A stretch of 64,000 nucleotides of DNA from Psammoneis japonica (Eukaryota): positions 758,289 to 822,288 of the forward strand of contig QPGO01000014.1 in NCBI GenBank assembly GCA_008632985.1, given 5' to 3'. Below, one piece after another: positions 59,753-64,000 of this stretch. The position numbers and the translations under genes are program-made. The notes under the pieces were generated by a model that ran no database searches, was not told where the DNA came from, and worked only from the letters and a program-made list of their open reading frames with translations. How positions within the stretch are numbered: the first letter of the stretch is position 1; each line of letters begins with the position of its first letter.

Positions 59753-61846
59753 CTCCTTGTGTGTCATGCTGTGAGCTGACCAGCACTGGCTCCATGCACC
59801 ATGTCGGCCATTTCACCATAGAGGAAGGTGAGGTGCCAATGTGTGCAGACTTGTGCCCCTTCCTGAACCATGGCAGCATCTCTGTGCAGGCTGGGCTGAC
59901 AGACTTGCTGTTGGGCTGGATGTCACTCCAGGTGGGCTGTCTGTGAAGCTGCCACAGCCCTGATGATGGTGGAACAGCACAGCCAAGTTGACAGTTTTGA
60001 GGAGGTCAACACCACTTTCTGCACACTCACTCAGTTTGTCTGTGATGGCCTGTGCCACCTGGGGCACTGGTGGGTGACACTTTTTGGCAGTCAGGGTCCC
60101 AGAGGACATGTGGGCAGGGCATGCTGGAAGGCAAGTTGATGTCAGGGCAGGTTGCACATGGCAGCCACCCCCATGCTTGCACCCTGCCATGCCTTGCAAC
60201 TGGTCTCACACCAACTGCAGAGCAAAGCATCCTCCTCCTCAGTGTGAGGTGCACTGTCTGTTGCCAAACCACAATTTCCATCACACATGCATTTTTGGTG
60301 CAGCTGGGTGTCAGCAACACTTGGTGCTGCTGAGTTCTGACTGATCTTGTCAGACTGGGCATTGAGGGCTCATTGGGTGGCTGTGACTTCTTCAGTGGGG
60401 GCTGATGCCCTCAGACAGGTCATCTGGAATTGAGGAACTGAGGAGATGCACTTCAGCAATCTTCTTTGAGAGAGCCAACAACATCTCAGTGCAAAGTGGG
60501 CATGGCCCAACTGCTCACAGGTGTCCTGCATGTGAGCTTGGACAGTGATCTGCTGTGTGCCTCCCTTCTCAGCACATGCTGTTGCTCTGTCACTGTGTGC
60601 ACTGGTGGCAGGTCCTGCTCTTGTGTGCCACCTGACAGTGGTGCATGAGTTTTTGCACAATCACACCAAAGCATTTGCTGGGAGTGCCGCTCTGCTCATG
60701 ATCTTGCCACTGTTGATCCTCCTGTTGTGTTGCATGTGTGTCAGAAACCAGGGTGTTGACCCCAGCTGTAATCTGCTGAGCTCCCATGGCAAGTGGCATC
60801 ATTTTGTGAGGTCTGGCAAGTTCCCAAAGACTGGGGTGTGTGGTGTGTGCACGCACATGTGCACCAAAGATTTGCACATCTTGGAGGGTGACAATGGGTG
60901 GCAAGATGGGTGCCTGGGCTGCCAATTGTGAAGGCTGATTTGCAGCCTGGCATGTGCGAGTGCACGCTGAAGCCAAAAAGTGAAGGGGGTTGGGTTCCTC
61001 CACCAGCAGAGCTTGTGGCACCAGCTTGTCAGTGTTGCAAGCATTGCTGGCCATTGGGGTTGGCTCCTGTGGTGTGTGTGCTGTGTGCTGCATTTCCCTG
61101 AAGAGGCACCCCACAAGCCACGCAAGTGTTGGCGCGCTGCCGTTCTGAAAGGGGCCCGTGGCAGCAAATGCAAAGAGCTGGTGACATTGCACCACCTGAG
61201 CACCCAGCACCTCCAGTCCAAATGCCAGCTGTGACAGCAATGGCACAGCGGCCAGGGGCACCCATTGCTGTGCTGGCAGTTGTTGTTGTCTCGCTGGCTG
61301 CTGCTGCTGCTGTGGCAGTTGCTGCTGTTGTTGTGGCTGCTGCTGTGGCTGTCCAGCTGCAGTCTCAGTGACAGGAGGCAGCACCACTTCTCTCCTTGAT
61401 CTGCCATGGCAAATTGAAGATGAGAGGAGAGAGGGGTGCACCTGTGGTGAGCCATGTCATTGTCCTGTTCAACTGTCTGCTTGTTGTTGTTGCACCAACA
61501 ACAAAGAATGACCTTGTCGGCCAGCAGGGAAGCCAAGTGTTGGACGTCTGTCTTCGATGGGCACTTTCAAGCCAATCAACAGCCCTTTCGTGATCTTCCC
61601 TGTTCTGCAGTCCAGCGCCAGTGCGCACGCACGCAAGCAGTACAGTACACACGCGACGCACGAGGCCTCGTCGAATCGACATTTTACGTGTATATCTATG
61701 ACTACCGTAATGACGCAATGACTGACGCGAACTGAAAACATAAGCCCTTTGGTGCCCTTGAATGCCGTGTGCTATCAAACAGAAAAAGTTGGAAGCTGCG
61801 AGTGGAGTCAGTTTTTTGTGTCATTCCAATCGAAAATACCGCAACG

Positions 61847-64000
61847 ATGATGAACGCCCTACCTTTTATTCCTCTTCGAGCCGCTCGTGTGATTCTCATT
61901 ACCCTCCTCGTTCTTGCCGTTTTGAACGAAGCCCAGTCTGCCCCTACCGTGGGGGTTTATGCTCAAGATGATTTGAATGGCCCTGGATTAGGCGATTGTA
62001 ATGACGAAACTATCAACATATTATCAAGCCTGGAGAACCTGAAACAAACCAACGGAGATTTCAGCAGCTACACCATTGACACATCAATAGTCACGCTAGC
62101 CGATCCCAATCTTGAATCCAAGCTACACAGCTTTAGTGCTTTTATCATGCCGACAATTCAAACATTCTCTCTCAGCCAGCTAGATGGCTGGGGTACTTAT
62201 TCACAGGAGGCATTGAGGACTTACGTTGAATGCGGCGGCGTTTTAGTTGCAATGTCAGCACAGACCAACAGTCTTCTTTTTTTAAACACAGTTTTCCCTG
62301 GCTGGGACATCGCTGACGTGGGCTACTGTAGTATTGGAGCGACTGTCTCCCTGAATTCCGCCAATGCTGCAGGAACGACGTTTGCCGGGGGACCGAGCTC
62401 TGTGACTTGCATCTCCACTACCAAATATCTCTCATGTGGGACTGTCCCTTGCACCCCAATATACGGGACGACGACTTCGACAGTAGTGGCACAGGTTCCC
62501 TACGGCGATGGTTACGTTGTTCTTTATTCGTGGAGCTTCTATAACGGTGGCCACGCTATCAATGTTCCGGGCGTTGGCACCCACGTAAACTGCGCCTACA
62601 GAAACGACGATTGGGCCACAGAAATCCTTCCTCGTGCTCTTGAGTTTGCTGAACAAGTTGAAGCTCAGAAAACGACATGTCTCTCAGAGAGTCCTTCGGA
62701 AGCTCCCAGTTTATCTCCAAGCAATGCCCCGTCTACAATCCCATCGTCTGAGCCAAGTATGGCTCCATCGGTATCTCCATCGTCCGAGCCAAGTGGTTTG
62801 CCATCTTTGACACCTTCAACAGAACCTTCTGCTCCCCCCTCAAGAGTTCCAAGTGCGGCTCCAAGTGATTTACCTTCAACCACACCTTCAGGTCAACCTT
62901 CGACAGAACCATCTGGCACCCCTTCTGCCATTCCAAGTTCGTCTCCCAGTTATGAACCTTCGACAACTCCATCATCAGAACCAAGTGACACTCCATCGTT
63001 GATGCCTTCAACCAGGCCCTCGACCACCCCGTCTGCTGTACCGAGTGATGTTCCCAGTGATGTTCCTTCGACGATACCTTCAGTCGAACCAAGTGACACC
63101 CCGTCTCTCACCCCATCGACTTCACCGTCTACAATGCCGAGCTCAGCTCCTAGTGATGTGCCTTCAAACGCACCATCAGCGGAACCAAGTGATGTACCTT
63201 CTCTCATCCCATCGACCATGCCATCTATAGCGCCGTCATCAACGCCTTCTTCATTTCCCAGTGGTGCGCCATCGACATCACCGTCGTCTCAACCGAGCGC
63301 AGCTCCAAATAGAGAGCCATCAGCAATACCTTCTGCCCAACCAAGTGCAGTTCCAAGTAGCATGCCCTCTAAAACACCTTCAGAAGAACCAAGTTATATG
63401 CCATCTGTCACCCCATCAACTGAGCCATCTTATGCACCATCGGCAGTTCCAAGTGGGGCTCCCAGTGATGTACCTTCCACAAGTCCATCTTCGGAACCTA
63501 GCAATATCCCATCTTTGAAACCTTCAACATTCCCCTCGGGTACCCCTTCTGCCGTCCCTAGTGCAACTCCCAGTGATGCACCTTCAATGATTCCTTCGAA
63601 CCAACCCAGTGATGCCCCTTCAAGGGTCCCGAGTTTGATGCCAAGTGTTGTCCCGTCGACTAGTCCGTCAGGTCAACCTTCGACAAGCCCGTCAGCGGTA
63701 CCGAGTTCGACACCAAGCGATATCCCGTCAACTAGTCCATCAGCTCAACCAAGTGATGTGCCTTCTGTACAACCGTCTACAGTGCCTTCAAAAAGCCAGT
63801 CAGCGGTCCCGAGTTCGGCACCAAGTGATGTCCCGTCGACTAGTCCATCAGATCAACCAAGTGACGTGCCTTCTGAAACACCGTCTATGATGCCTTCGAC
63901 AAGCCCGTCAGCGGTCCCGAGTTTTGCACCTAGTGATGACCCGTCGACTAGTCCCTCGGGTCAACCTTCGACAAGCCCGTCAGCGGTCCCGAGTTCGACA
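61847..64000 (+). CDS. Secreted/cell-surface protein with globular N-terminal domain and long PS-x-x mucin-like repeat (runs off window)
   Basis: MMNALPFIPLRAARVILITLLVLAVLNEAQSA signal peptide; ~270-aa domain (ALRTYVECGGVLV); then SPSEAPSLSPSNAPS... repeats from ~62690 to the end. Confidence 0.85.
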   Translation, partial: MMNALPFIPLRAARVILITLLVLAVLNEAQSAPTVGVYAQDDLNGPGLGDCNDETINILSSLENLKQTNGDFSSYTIDTSIVTLADPNLESKLHSFSAFIMPTIQTFSLSQLDGWGTYSQEALRTYVECGGVLVAMSAQTNSLLFLNTVFPGWDIADVGYCSIGATVSLNSANAAGTTFAGGPSSVTCISTTKYLSCGTVPCTPIYGTTTSTVVAQVPYGDGYVVLYSWSFYNGGHAINVPGVGTHVNCAYRNDDWATEILPRALEFAEQVEAQKTTCLSESPSEAPSLSPSNAPSTIPSSEPSMAPSVSPSSEPSGLPSLTPSTEPSAPPSRVPSAAPSDLPSTTPSGQPSTEPSGTPSAIPSSSPSYEPSTTPSSEPSDTPSLMPSTRPSTTPSAVPSDVPSDVPSTIPSVEPSDTPSLTPSTSPSTMPSSAPSDVPSNAPSAEPSDVPSLIPSTMPSIAPSSTPSSFPSGAPSTSPSSQPSAAPNREPSAIPSAQPSAVPSSMPSKTPSEEPSYMPSVTPSTEPSYAPSAVPSGAPSDVPSTSPSSEPSNIPSLKPSTFPSGTPSAVPSATPSDAPSMIPSNQPSDAPSRVPSLMPSVVPSTSPSGQPSTSPSAVPSSTPSDIPSTSPSAQPSDVPSVQPSTVPSKSQSAVPSSAPSDVPSTSPSDQPSDVPSETPSMMPSTSPSAVPSFAPSDDPSTSPSGQPSTSPSAVPSST

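Larger units (their letters stand above)
53710..61600. mobile_element. Block E: old decayed TE interrupted by Gypsy element 2
   Basis: Flanks 53710-54451 and 59753-61600 are TpA- and CpG-depleted. The inserted Gypsy is TpA-depleted only. Confidence 0.75.

Overview
Eukaryotic, intron-containing DNA, most likely a pennate diatom (inferred from an ASAF-type bipartite plastid presequence, diatom-style Gypsy/LINE/Helitron-like elements, and LRR and Pro/Ser-mucin genes). The window alternates gene islands with five transposon-derived blocks (~1-9.2, 10.9-29.0, 30.6-34.3, 43.8-46.6 and 53.7-61.6 kb). Host genes: Cys-repeat/dirigent-like secreted protein, plastid SET protein, F-box/bromodomain/SNF2/RING protein, ABC1 kinase, mL53, Sel1/COA7-like, FkbM methyltransferase, LRR protein, Rnl2-like RNA ligase, glycosyltransferase-like protein, mucin-like protein. 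The main observation is that repeat DNA, and not genes, has been stripped of TpA by TA->TG and TA->CA changes (A:T->G:C). This is the opposite direction to fungal RIP. It is visible in LTR-vs-LTR and TIR-vs-TIR comparisons and in systematic Tyr->Cys/His loss at catalytic motifs. It affects all TE classes, spares TAA/TTAA, fades toward genes, and precedes CpG decay. This points to a repeat-targeted mutagenic genome-defence system or a TpA base modification that I do not recognise as described. Caveat: host genes carry many 1-bp frameshifts, so an unpolished long-read assembly with modification-induced miscalls must be excluded.
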